Shown one piece after another: positions 10,475 to 19,063 of a stretch of 64,000 nucleotides of DNA (positions are counted from its first letter, which is position 1; every line of letters starts with the position of its first letter). Origin of the DNA: Patescibacteria group bacterium (lineage in GTDB: Bacteria; Patescibacteriota; Patescibacteriia; UBA10025; JBIOWE01). The notes beneath the pieces were generated by a model. That model was not told where the DNA came from. It was given only the letters and a program-made list of their open reading frames with translations, and did no database searches. Location of the stretch: assembly GCA_044868145.1 (NCBI GenBank), contig JBIOWE010000006.1, positions 151,707-215,706 on the forward strand. The letters are read 5' to 3'. Position numbers and translations under genes: made by a program.

Positions 10475-11833
10475 TTATTGTACTATATCGATTGGATCTC
10501 CTTCCGGATGCAGGAAGAGGGCAGCATCTGTTGTCCGAATCAGGTTGTCCCACTTATACCCAAGCGCGTTAAACGCTTGTATCGAGGCGATGCCGCGACG
10601 TTGGCCGTTGGAAATCACATAGACGCCACGCATGCTCGGGGAAGTTACTATTTCTCCATCCTTGAACTTTATGGGATCACCCAGCTTATATTGGTTGATA
10701 GTCGTTTGTTCGACGACAACAGGTTTTCTGTTCGGAAAGCGGGACCGTAGAATTTCTCTGGACCAAATTGACTGGCGCACCCCGTTTTCTACGTACGAAA
10801 TCCCTCCGGTTTCAAGTGATTGTAGCAGGACCCCAGTGGGGTAAATACTTTGCATGTTGATGTTCGGCCCATTACTATAGACCGCAAGCTCTCCGTCGCT
10901 TGCGACGATGATTTCTTCTGGGTTAAATCCAATTTGCCGAAATACTTCTGGCGATTCAATATATCGTTTTGTGTCCCCATCAATCAGGAACACCCGACCG
11001 GTTGTATTGGAACGGACAAGTGAATAATTCGCGAATTTGATTGGCTGCCCTTCGTCGTACGCATCGATATCGCTTCGTGATACTTGAATGATGCGCGATG
11101 TGTCATATCTCGTAACAAGCGCCGTGCGAGAAAGGAAGGGTCTGCGCTTTCCATTTTGAATGAGGTACACGCCTTGTTCTCCTTGAACTTGCAGGAGCGA
11201 ACCGTCAGGGTAGTTCTTCAAAAACCACGAATTCCACAGCGTCCAAAACACTTCGTTGCCGTGAATATGGGGCGTATACGTGTACAAGTTCACGGTCGCT
11301 TGGTTTTGGATCGTGACGGTGACGTCATCGATAACATACGTACCCCCGACTTTAAAGTACCACTGACCTGCTTGGTCAATGTATTGGCGATTGCGCTTCG
11401 CGGCCCAGTTCACTTGGTTGAAGAATCCTTTGTATTGTTGGATGGCCGGATCATCTTTCGAGCACGAATCGCATACGCCGTAACCCGCTGCCCAGTCGTA
11501 TTGACTTTGGGTTGGCGTGGAATCAGTCACCAGGCTTTGTTCTTTTTGCAATACGACAATGAGCACCTGGGGGTTGATACGATAGTAGTTGCCAGCGTCG
11601 TAAATAACTTGCGCTGCGGTTTTTACGTTGCCCCACGGGTCAGTAATTTTATACGTCGCCAGCGTTCCTGTTTTGCCTTCAAGAAATCGCTGGATATGCG
11701 AAACCGACATGGATGCGTTATTCACCATGTCGAAGTCAGAGATGATATTGCCTGGATTAAACGTTGCCGTAGCGAAAACGGGGAAGGGGAATAGAAGCGA
11801 TGCAACGAATAATGCAATGGCGATTTTCTTCAT
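10475..11833 (-). CDS. Secreted cell-surface protein: putative lysozyme-like N-terminal domain plus four ~62-aa C-terminal repeats
   Basis: Signal peptide MKKIAIALFV (start moved from 11992; -10 TGGTATCAT just upstream); INPQVLIVVLQKEQSL, YTYTPH; repeats of type (Y/F)PDGSLL..GVYLI.NG.RR. Confidence 0.75.
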   Translation of the reverse strand: MKKIAIALFVASLLFPFPVFATATFNPGNIISDFDMVNNASMSVSHIQRFLEGKTGTLATYKITDPWGNVKTAAQVIYDAGNYYRINPQVLIVVLQKEQSLVTDSTPTQSQYDWAAGYGVCDSCSKDDPAIQQYKGFFNQVNWAAKRNRQYIDQAGQWYFKVGGTYVIDDVTVTIQNQATVNLYTYTPHIHGNEVFWTLWNSWFLKNYPDGSLLQVQGEQGVYLIQNGKRRPFLSRTALVTRYDTSRIIQVSRSDIDAYDEGQPIKFANYSLVRSNTTGRVFLIDGDTKRYIESPEVFRQIGFNPEEIIVASDGELAVYSNGPNINMQSIYPTGVLLQSLETGGISYVENGVRQSIWSREILRSRFPNRKPVVVEQTTINQYKLGDPIKFKDGEIVTSPSMRGVYVISNGQRRGIASIQAFNALGYKWDNLIRTTDAALFLHPEGDPIDIVQ

Positions 11834-11881
11834 AACGTGCAGAATTGTATGATACCATATTTTGGGAGAAATTGGAAGGGC

Positions 11882-11975
11882 CTTCTTTTTGAACCGCCAA
11901 AAACCAAGCGCAGGCCGCTGTGCCTGCGATTGGTGAATCGCATGGTCCAGCGCACCCACAGCGGGGTGCGCTGGA
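11882..11975. repeat. Dispersed hairpin-rich REP-like element, family A copy 1
   Basis: Contains CGCACCCACAGCGGGGTGCGCTGG and GCAGGCCGCTGTGCCTGCGA, also found at 21038-21152; 17-bp CTTCTTTTTGAACCGCC is shared exactly with 36931. Confidence 0.75.
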
Positions 11976-12048
11976 TGGAAATAAAAAAGCACCGTTTTGA
12001 GGCGGTGCTCCTAGATACTTTAGCCTTGAATTACTTTGTTGGTACCTC

Positions 12049-12237
12049 CTAGTCAGGATAAGTAATGTCTAAGATGCTTCCCGGCACGACTTTGTAAACA
12101 GATTTGAATTCAGGGTCCGCTGATATTTTTTCCGCTAGGAGTTTGTTTCGTAGTCTTTTTTCCGCTTGAGCTATGTTCAGCGAGTCTTCAAAGACAATGT
12201 AAGGTAGAGCCATTACGAAGAAACAATGAGCATGCAT
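12049..12237 (-). CDS. Small hypothetical protein, stand-alone cassette
   Basis: 62-aa ORF; strong SD AAGGAGG; TTGACA-N17-TATTCT upstream; terminator-like hairpin at ~11983-12010. Confidence 0.6.
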   Translation of the reverse strand: MHAHCFFVMALPYIVFEDSLNIAQAEKRLRNKLLAEKISADPEFKSVYKVVPGSILDITYPD

Positions 12238-12277
12238 TTTTCCTCCTTATTTTAGGGTATTTTAGAATAGTGCATTC

Positions 12278-12383
12278 CTTTTGTCAAGACAGCGATGCGG
12301 ATCTCAAGGATCCGCATATACCCTCGGTAGGTCAGGGCCAGGCCCTGACCTACCGGCAAGGTTTGAGTTTCTTTTGTCAAGAC
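12278..12383. repeat. GTAG-type REP doublet flanked by 13-bp direct repeats
   Basis: CTTTTGTCAAGAC at 12278-12290 and 12371-12383; hairpins TGCGGATC..GATCCGCA and CGGTAGGTCAGGGCC-A-GGCCCTGACCTACCG. Confidence 0.75.
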
Positions 12384-12412
12384 GGCTTTTCCACGATATA
12401 CTGTACGTTGTT

Positions 12413-13159
12413 ATGGCTACAACGATATTGGGTACACGTATTGATACGCTGTCTAAGCAGAATGTTCTCGGGCGCGTTCGCTCTTTTTTAAATAGCAAAG
12501 AGCCGCATTTTATTGTTACCGCAAATCCAGAAATCGTCATGGCCGCGAAGCACAACGATGAATATCGCGCGATTTTAAACAAGGCGGATCTAGTGGTCGC
12601 CGACGGTATCGGTTTGAAATTCGCATCGCAGTACCTCGGCTCACCAATTCCGCAACGGCTTACTGGTGTTGAGCTAGTGTATGAGATTGCCGATATTGCA
12701 GAGGAAGAGAACGCGTCCATCTATTTGCTTGGCGCTGGCCACGGGATTGCGGAGAAAGCCGCTCGCAATTTAACCGAGCGATTTCCCGGTTTGACTATCG
12801 CGGGTTTTGAAAGCGGCCATCGGTTCGGGTGGTGGCGCGTGCCTGATGAGCGCATTGTGCGTCATATCAGAAGAAGCAAGGCCAAAGTTTTGTTTGTCGC
12901 CTTTGGTCATCCCAAGCAAGAAAAGTGGATTTATTACAATCTCCCAAAATTGCCCAACATCCGCATTGCCATGGGCGTGGGCGGCGCCTTTGATTACATC
13001 GCGGGCAAGGTGAAGCGCGCCCCAGTATGGATGCAAAAAATGGGACTTGAATGGCTGTATCGCTTGATGCGTGAGCCTTCACGGGGCCCACGTATCGTCA
13101 CGGCAGTTTTTCGATTCAGCTGGCACGTTTTAAAAAGTAAAAAAGCGCAAAACCAATGA
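12413..13159 (+). CDS. WecB/TagA/CpsF family glycosyltransferase
   Basis: IVTANPE, ADLVVADGIG, GHPKQEKW, GVGGAFD, KRAPVWMQKMGLEWLYRL; start at MATTILG, 10 nt after TATACT. Confidence 0.93.
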   Translation: MATTILGTRIDTLSKQNVLGRVRSFLNSKEPHFIVTANPEIVMAAKHNDEYRAILNKADLVVADGIGLKFASQYLGSPIPQRLTGVELVYEIADIAEEENASIYLLGAGHGIAEKAARNLTERFPGLTIAGFESGHRFGWWRVPDERIVRHIRRSKAKVLFVAFGHPKQEKWIYYNLPKLPNIRIAMGVGGAFDYIAGKVKRAPVWMQKMGLEWLYRLMREPSRGPRIVTAVFRFSWHVLKSKKAQNQ

Positions 13160-13275
13160 GAATATACACAAAGCGGGGAGCGGGGAAGTCCCGCTACCGG
13201 TCTTCGTCGAGATTTCGCAACGCATCCTTCGCGAAACAGGTGAAAGTAAAGGCGGCCAATCAAAAGAAAAGGTGA
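13156..13275 (+). pseudogene. 39-aa basic ORF; possible remnant of PduO-type cob(I)alamin adenosyltransferase
   Basis: ATGA overlap with the upstream stop; MRIYTKRG resembles the PduO N-terminus (M.IYT..GD.G). Confidence 0.35.
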
Positions 13276-13283
13276 TGTTCCAA

Positions 13284-13365
13284 TTGACGCCTTAAGAGGA
13301 TTTCTGTTAAAGTTGGTAAAGCTTATTGTTCGTTAACAAATAGTCAACCGAATAAAAGGAGGTGT
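13284..13365 (+). promoter_or_regulatory. Sigma70 promoter, boxA-like leader and strong SD of ldh
   Basis: TTGACG 13284-13289, TGnTAAAGT 13305-13313, TGTTCGTTAACAA 13327-13339, AAAGGAGGTG. Confidence 0.65.
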
Positions 13366-13369
13366 TGCC

Positions 13370-14428
13370 ATGGCCGTACTGTATGAAATGGAAAAAAGGG
13401 GGCATGAACGTGTTTTTCATGTTTTCGACAAAGCATCAGGGTTACGTTGCATCATAGCCGTCCATGATACAACACTGGGACCTGCGCTTGGGGGGACTCG
13501 CATGTCTCTTTATAAGACTGAACAGGATGCATTAGTTGATGTCTTACGGCTCTCGCGAGGCATGACATACAAATCAGCGGTAGCAGACCTCTCGCTTGGT
13601 GGCGGGAAGGCCGTTATCATTGCTGACCCAGCGAAAGATAAAAGCGAGGAACTGTTCTTGGCCTACGGTAGAGCTATTGATCAGCTCGGCGGTTTGTATA
13701 TAACCGCTGAAGACGTTGGCACGACCGTTGCCGACATGGAAATAGTTCGTAAGGCTACTCGATGGGTAACCGGATTGCCGGAGAATTTAGGCGGTTCAGG
13801 CGATCCGTCGCCCGTGACTGCGTTCGGCGTCTATCGGGGCATGCAAGCTGCCATGGAAATCGTGTTTGGATCTGGCGATTTTCGAAGGCGTTCCATCGCG
13901 ATTCCTGGCTTAGGTAAAGTGGGTTATCCGCTTGCGGTGATGATGGCAAAAGACGGAGCGCAACTTTTTGTGGCTGACGTTAACCAAGTTGTTGCGCAGC
14001 AAGTGCAACGAGAGCTTGGTGCAACAATTGTGCATCCTGACGAAATTGCCACATTGAGTGTCGATATCTTGGCGCCTTGCGCACGCGGCGCAATTATCAA
14101 CAACAGGAATGTGTATACTATCAAAGCCAAGATAATCGCCGGAGCAGCGAACAATCAGCTGGAAGATGACAGCAAGCAAGGCCCGGTTCTTTTCTCAAAA
14201 GGGATTACCTATGTCGTCGACTTCGTGATCAACGCTGGCGGCGTCATAAACGTCTATAGCGAACTTGATCCCGCGGGTTTCAGCAGGGAAAAAGCTCTAG
14301 GACGCGCATCGTCAATTTACGATCGCGTAAAAGAATTGCTCACCATTTCCCGCTCGGAGAATATACCGACTACAGATGCAGCCATGATGATGGTTGAACG
14401 CCGGCTTGAGGCAGCTCGCAAAAAGTAA
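13370..14428 (+). CDS. ldh: Leucine dehydrogenase (Glu/Leu/Phe/Val dehydrogenase family)
   Basis: HDTTLGPALGGTRM, LSRGMTYK, GGGKAVI, ITAEDVGT, GDPSPVTA, GAANNQL, NAGGVI. Confidence 0.93.
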   Translation: MAVLYEMEKRGHERVFHVFDKASGLRCIIAVHDTTLGPALGGTRMSLYKTEQDALVDVLRLSRGMTYKSAVADLSLGGGKAVIIADPAKDKSEELFLAYGRAIDQLGGLYITAEDVGTTVADMEIVRKATRWVTGLPENLGGSGDPSPVTAFGVYRGMQAAMEIVFGSGDFRRRSIAIPGLGKVGYPLAVMMAKDGAQLFVADVNQVVAQQVQRELGATIVHPDEIATLSVDILAPCARGAIINNRNVYTIKAKIIAGAANNQLEDDSKQGPVLFSKGITYVVDFVINAGGVINVYSELDPAGFSREKALGRASSIYDRVKELLTISRSENIPTTDAAMMMVERRLEAARKK

Positions 14429-14440
14429 AAATAATACATG

Positions 14441-14470
14441 AAGAGGTGCAAGCAAACGCACCTCTTTTTT
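14441..14470 (+). terminator. Intrinsic terminator
   Basis: AAGAGGTGC-N8-GCACCTCTT followed by a T-run. Confidence 0.8.
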
Positions 14471-14506
14471 ATTGATTTGTCGGTTCGTTTTTGATACACT
14501 AAAGCT

Positions 14507-16189
14507 ATGAAACGACTTTGGCTGACATGTATCCTTAGCCTCGTCGTCTTTTTTATCCCGTCGCATGCATACTCTCAATCAGAGAAGGTGCTTTCATTTG
14601 ATGCGACCATCACCCTAGTTTCCGACAGCACTTTCGTTGTCGAGGAGCATATCCTGTATGATTTTGGGAATCTCGAACGCCACGGTATCTATCGCGATAT
14701 TCCATATCAATACGAACGCAACGGCCTTACTTATAAGACACGTTTGGAGGTGCTTGACGTATCACCAGGACCCTACGAAACAAGCAAAAACGCCGGGATG
14801 CTGCACGTAAAAATTGGCGATCCGGATGTTCTTGTGACTGGTACGCAAGAATATGTCATTCGATATTCAGTCGAGCGTGCCATTAATTATTTCAGTGATC
14901 ATGATGAACTCTACTGGGATGTCACAGGCAACGGCTGGATAGTACCGATTGATGAAGCGTCTGCTACGGTAATGCTGCCGTCGGATCTGGATCCCAGCCA
15001 GGTTCAACTTGAATGTTTCACAGGTTCGGCTGGTTCGACTGATGCACAATGTACAAAACGATTGGAAGATCCTCGCAAGGTCGCTTTCGCGAGCAAGGCG
15101 CCGCTTGGGATAGGGGAGGGGCTGACGATTGTTGTTGGTCTGCCAAAAGGGGTTGTGCAACAGCCAAGCGCCTGGCAAAATATTCTTTGGATCATTCGCG
15201 ATAACTGGCCGTTTGCCCTGCCAATTGTTGCGTTACTGGTCATGTTGTATTTGTGGTGGACGCGCGGTCGAGATCCAAAGGACACGTTAGCAATCATTCC
15301 GGAATATGAACCGCCGACAAACCTTCGTCCAGCAGAGGTCGGAGTCGTCTTTGATCAGAGAGCCGACCTAAAAGATATCTCGTCAACGCTTATCGACCTT
15401 GCGATTCGCGGCTATCTGCGTATTATCCAGGGAGAAGAAAAGAAGTTGTTAAGCACGACAAAGGATTATACATTTACAAAATTGAAAGAACTGGGAGAAG
15501 ACGCAAAGCTGTTTGAAAAGGAAACTTTTGACGGATTATTCAACGGTGGTACGACGAAGCAACTCTCTGATTTGAAAAACAACTTCTATAAGCGTCTGGC
15601 TGATATCAAAACGGCTCTTTACAAAGGATTGGTTGAGCAAGGCATGTTCCCGACGAATCCGGAGCGGGTTCGCCACCTCTATTCGGGTATTGGCGTCGGT
15701 TTAGTTGTTGCAGGCTTTTTTCTGTTAAGTGGACTTTTAGGAGGCATCCTCATTGCATCAGGGGTGATTGTACTCCTGTTTTCATTGATTATGCCGCGCA
15801 GGACAAAAAAGGGCGTAGAAACCTATCGCGCGATTAAGGGATTCCGTTGGTTTCTGTCCGTTACGGAGAAAGACCGTTTAAAGTTTCACAACGCGCCAGA
15901 AAAGAAGCCGGAGCTTTTTGAAAAATTTCTGCCATATGCCATGGTGCTGAATGTGGAAAAAGAATGGGCAAAGCAGTTTGAAGGGATCTACCAACAGCAG
16001 CCGAACTGGTATCAAGGCGCGGCAAACGTGTATACTGCATTCATACTCTCTGATCTCATAAATAGTATGTCGCGCGACATGAACCATACCTTTGTTTCTC
16101 GTCCTGGCGGAGGGGGTGGCGCTTCTGGTTTTGGCGGAGGGGGTTTCTCGGGTGGTGGGTTTGGCGGGGGTGGCGGTGGAAGTTGGTGA
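14507..16189 (+). CDS. DUF2207 family membrane protein
   Basis: HGIYRDIP, DELYWDVTGNGW, LIDLAIRGY, LPYAMVL, Gly-rich GGGGGSW C-terminus. Confidence 0.9.
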   Translation: MKRLWLTCILSLVVFFIPSHAYSQSEKVLSFDATITLVSDSTFVVEEHILYDFGNLERHGIYRDIPYQYERNGLTYKTRLEVLDVSPGPYETSKNAGMLHVKIGDPDVLVTGTQEYVIRYSVERAINYFSDHDELYWDVTGNGWIVPIDEASATVMLPSDLDPSQVQLECFTGSAGSTDAQCTKRLEDPRKVAFASKAPLGIGEGLTIVVGLPKGVVQQPSAWQNILWIIRDNWPFALPIVALLVMLYLWWTRGRDPKDTLAIIPEYEPPTNLRPAEVGVVFDQRADLKDISSTLIDLAIRGYLRIIQGEEKKLLSTTKDYTFTKLKELGEDAKLFEKETFDGLFNGGTTKQLSDLKNNFYKRLADIKTALYKGLVEQGMFPTNPERVRHLYSGIGVGLVVAGFFLLSGLLGGILIASGVIVLLFSLIMPRRTKKGVETYRAIKGFRWFLSVTEKDRLKFHNAPEKKPELFEKFLPYAMVLNVEKEWAKQFEGIYQQQPNWYQGAANVYTAFILSDLINSMSRDMNHTFVSRPGGGGGASGFGGGGFSGGGFGGGGGGSW

Positions 16190-16231
16190 TTCTTTCGCTC
16201 CAAAGTAATAATAACTCTATATGCATAGTAT

Positions 16232-16627
16232 ATGAAAAAAATAATATTTTCCTCTTTGGTTATGGCTGTGCTCGCAACGATTTTTACAAGTTTTGTTATA
16301 AAGATTGATTCAAAAGAATATCCGACTACCCTTACGCAGCCTGCTTATGTCGACGATTTCTACGGATTCCCGCTCCCGTTTCGCGTACAAGAATGGCAGC
16401 CATCATGTAATGCATATCCCTCGGAATCGGGAGGAAGCGGGAAGTGTATTCTTGGTGAACAAAAATTTAGTTTTAAAGCCGGTGAACAGTTAAAGAATAT
16501 TTTATTGGACTTCGCAATTTATTTTCTCATTTCATATGTCGCGATTATGTTTATCAGGAAGATCATAAGTGTTAAAAAGAATATAAACACAAGTTCAAAG
16601 CCGCCTGGTGATTTTAAAAAGATATGA
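16232..16627 (+). CDS. Hypothetical membrane protein
   Basis: Two hydrophobic segments, YGFPLPF motif, Cys pair; AT-rich. Confidence 0.7.
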   Translation: MKKIIFSSLVMAVLATIFTSFVIKIDSKEYPTTLTQPAYVDDFYGFPLPFRVQEWQPSCNAYPSESGGSGKCILGEQKFSFKAGEQLKNILLDFAIYFLISYVAIMFIRKIISVKKNINTSSKPPGDFKKI

Positions 16628-16848
16628 AAAGGATCGTCTGGATTATTATTTTTATTGTTCTCGCCGGTCTTTTGTATTACGGCTGGCGGAATCGTTCAGC
16701 TTTGCCAGTTATCGGCACAAACACGGACGTCAATGCGAAGAAAAGCCGAAACTTGGATTATTATTGCAATTTGCCGAATATTCCCAGTGATTATCAAAAG
16801 GATTGCGATAATTTCAAAAACGGATTTAACAGCGGACTTATACGATGA
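16624..16848 (+). CDS. Small membrane-anchored hypothetical protein
   Basis: N-terminal TM, Cys pair; ATGA overlaps on both sides. Confidence 0.7.
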   Translation: MKRIVWIIIFIVLAGLLYYGWRNRSALPVIGTNTDVNAKKSRNLDYYCNLPNIPSDYQKDCDNFKNGFNSGLIR

Positions 16849-18002
16849 AAGTTTATACCGTCTCTGAATTCAATAGCGCCTTGAAGTCCTACCTGGAAGA
16901 GGGGATGGCCAGCGTAGCAATTCAGGGCGAAGTCACTAGTTATCGAAAAGCCAAAGAAAAGCTTATCTATTTTGAGCTGAAGGATGACAAGGCGCGCGTG
17001 CTTTGTTTTATGCTCACGTGGGAGCTCAAAACGATTCTCGAGGATGGCATGGAAATCCGCGTGCACGGAAAGCCATCAATCTTCGTCGGCACAGGCGGTT
17101 TTCACGTCCGCGTGAAAGAAATCGAGCTGGTTGGCGCCGGCGCGCTACGAAAAGCGCTTGAACAACTTAAGCAAAAGCTTGAAAAAGAAGGGTTGTTCGC
17201 TCCAGAGCGCAAGCGTCCTTTGCCCCGTTTTCCATCGCATATTGGTTTGATCACCTCGCCGGACGCCGCCGCGTATACGGACGTCCTACGCATATTGAAA
17301 AATCGTTGGGCAGGCGTGACCGTGCACTTCTACCCGGTTTCTGTGCAAGGGTTCGGCGCCATCAAGGACATCATAGGCGCATTCAAATACTTCAATCGTA
17401 CGCACGAGGTAGAAGTGATTATTCTTACGCGCGGCGGCGGCAGTCTGGAAGATTTGCAAGCGTTCAACGCGGAAGACGTGGCCCGCGCTGTATTCGCGTC
17501 AACAATTCCCGTGGTATCCGGCGTTGGCCATGAACGCGACGTAACGATTGCCGACCTTGTTGCTGACCAGCGCGCTTCGACCCCTTCCAACGCTGCGGAA
17601 CGCGTTGTGCCGGATAAACATGAGGTACAAGCCGAACTCAGCTACATGGCTGAACGCCTGGAAGAACTTCTGCGACAGGAACTAGAAAGTAAGAACTTAT
17701 TTATTTCCACATTCGTTAGCAGATTTGAAGACTTGATACGACACAAACACACAGCTATAATAGAGAAAATTCTTCGCCTCAAGCAATCAGGCACGTATCT
17801 CATTCAGACGTGGCAAAATCGCATTCAAGAACATGAGCGTTTGCTCAAAACCCTTTCCCCGCAAGCAACGCTCGATCGGGGCTATAGCATTACGCGTAGG
17901 ATAGGGGATAAGAAGATTATCGCTAGCCCAACAGAGGTAAAGCCCGGCGAACGTATTCGAACGCGCTTGAAAAAAGGTGAGATTGAATCGAAGGTACAAT
18001 AA
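16845..18002 (+). CDS. xseA: Exodeoxyribonuclease VII large subunit
   Basis: YFELKD, RGGGSLEDL..FN, SGVGHERD, RASTPSNAAE, LSPQATLDRGYS. Confidence 0.97.
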   Translation: MKVYTVSEFNSALKSYLEEGMASVAIQGEVTSYRKAKEKLIYFELKDDKARVLCFMLTWELKTILEDGMEIRVHGKPSIFVGTGGFHVRVKEIELVGAGALRKALEQLKQKLEKEGLFAPERKRPLPRFPSHIGLITSPDAAAYTDVLRILKNRWAGVTVHFYPVSVQGFGAIKDIIGAFKYFNRTHEVEVIILTRGGGSLEDLQAFNAEDVARAVFASTIPVVSGVGHERDVTIADLVADQRASTPSNAAERVVPDKHEVQAELSYMAERLEELLRQELESKNLFISTFVSRFEDLIRHKHTAIIEKILRLKQSGTYLIQTWQNRIQEHERLLKTLSPQATLDRGYSITRRIGDKKIIASPTEVKPGERIRTRLKKGEIESKVQ

Positions 18003-18004
18003 CT

Positions 18005-18238
18005 ATGGCCACAAAACAAAAGAAGAGCTTTGCAGAATCATTCGCAGAATTGGAAAAAATAACGGAGAAATTCGAGTCCGGCAATATTGACCTAGACCAA
18101 AGCTTGCAGGATTTTGAGCGCGGCTTGGCGTTAGCCAGTGAATTAAAGAAGCGTTTACAAGACGTGGAGAATAAAATCCGTACCATCAAAGATAAATTTG
18201 ATGATTTAGAGGACAAAGAGCCAGAAACCGAAGAATAG
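18005..18238 (+). CDS. xseB: Exodeoxyribonuclease VII small subunit
   Basis: SFAESFAELEKI...LDQSLQDFERG; follows xseA. Confidence 0.95.
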   Translation: MATKQKKSFAESFAELEKITEKFESGNIDLDQSLQDFERGLALASELKKRLQDVENKIRTIKDKFDDLEDKEPETEE

Positions 18239-18242
18239 CCGT

Positions 18243-18340
18243 ACCCCACACCATTTTTACAGTTTATGTTTCCTAACCCGTAACAGTTTACCACTTTTAC
18301 TATTTTGTTGTTTGAATGTCCTCTAAAAATGGTGTGGGGT
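18243..18340. mobile_element. 98-bp MITE-like element with perfect 17-bp terminal inverted repeats
   Basis: ACCCCACACCATTTTTA 18243-18259 / TAAAAATGGTGTGGGGT 18324-18340; a related end CCCCACACCA occurs at 35621. Confidence 0.6.
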
Positions 18341-18412
18341 TGACAGCAGTATTGTTATAGTATATACTAGGTATATATTAAGTATGAATGAAGTATATAC
18401 TAAGTATTAACG
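18340..18412 (+). promoter_or_regulatory. Sigma70 promoter overlapped by six 11-bp-phased AGTAT repeats (putative operator)
   Basis: TTGACA 18340-18345, N17, TATACT 18363-18368; units start at 18347, 18358, 18369, 18380, 18391, 18402. Confidence 0.75.
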
Positions 18413-18421
18413 TTTTCTCCT

Positions 18422-18592
18422 ATGTACGACAATCGTTTGCGCAGAAAGGTGTTCCCGATCGGAAAGTACAGTTATGCGCTTACTGTGCCTAAGGATTTAT
18501 TGAAATTACTGGGTTGGCAGCCGGGGGAAGCGCTCGAAGTGGTGCCGGATTTGGGGAAAAAGCGAATTATTGTAAAGCGGTATAAGTTTTAG
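18422..18592 (+). CDS. AbrB/MazE/SpoVT-fold DNA-binding protein, 56 aa (not in the ORF track)
   Basis: MYDNRLRRKVFPIGKYSYALTVPKDLLKLLGWQPGEALEVVPDLGKKRIIVKRYKF: RK...G.S...T.PK.....LG...GE pattern. Confidence 0.85.
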   Translation: MYDNRLRRKVFPIGKYSYALTVPKDLLKLLGWQPGEALEVVPDLGKKRIIVKRYKF

Positions 18593-18750
18593 GAGACCCT
18601 GAATCAAGTTCAGGGTGACAATTAAAGACGGAATGCTCTTTTGCTGTCATGCTGAACCCTGTCCTGACGAATGTCAGGATTGTTTCAGCATCTCTATAGG
18701 TGAGGTCCCTCGCTCCGTCGCGTTTATATACGCGACTTCGCTCGGGACGA
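18593..18750. repeat. REP-like inverted pair (GAGA..CTGAA..TTCAG..TGACA type) plus a nested hairpin
   Basis: GAGACCCTGAATCAAGTTCAGGGTGACA, then TGTCATGCTGAA...TTCAGCATCTC, then GTCCCTCGC..GTCGCGT..ACGCGAC..CTCGGGAC. Confidence 0.7.
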
Positions 18751-18811
18751 AGGTCAAGTTTTCTTCATAAAGACTTGACCTTCGGTTTTTCTTCGGCTAT
18801 ACTAAAGAAGT

Positions 18812-19063
18812 ATGGAAGCCGAGGTTGTGGATATATTCGCTTCGTTTACGAAAGAAGGGCCAAGGCCTCAATTGATACGGCATAAGGGGCATAGTTATCG
18901 TATTAACCGCGTGAATTTGCATTATACGGCCAGGGAAGGGGGCAGGGTGGTCCATTATTTCGCGTGTTCCGACGATGCCAATTATTTCCAGTTGCGATTC
19001 GATCCGGTGGAATTACGCTGGCAATTGATGCAAATCGAGGATTACACGGAGCCAACTTCATGA
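18812..19063 (+). CDS. Small Y-family polymerase partner protein (DUF6504/YqjX-like)
   Basis: PRP.LIRHKGHSYRI..V...HYF....FQLRFD....W pattern; ATGA-coupled to dinB; promoter TTGACC-N17-TATACT at 18775-18803. Confidence 0.7.
   Translation: MEAEVVDIFASFTKEGPRPQLIRHKGHSYRINRVNLHYTAREGGRVVHYFACSDDANYFQLRFDPVELRWQLMQIEDYTEPTS

Noticed and set aside
12913-12923. 11-nt complementarity between the sRNA unit 1 loop and the wecB-like CDS (CAAGCAAGAAA)
   Set aside because: A match of this length is expected by chance in 64 kb
18422-19063. Type II toxin-antitoxin pair (AbrB antitoxin plus downstream ORF)
   Set aside because: The downstream ORF is 220 bp away, has its own promoter, is coupled to dinB and lacks PIN/MazF/Fic motifs
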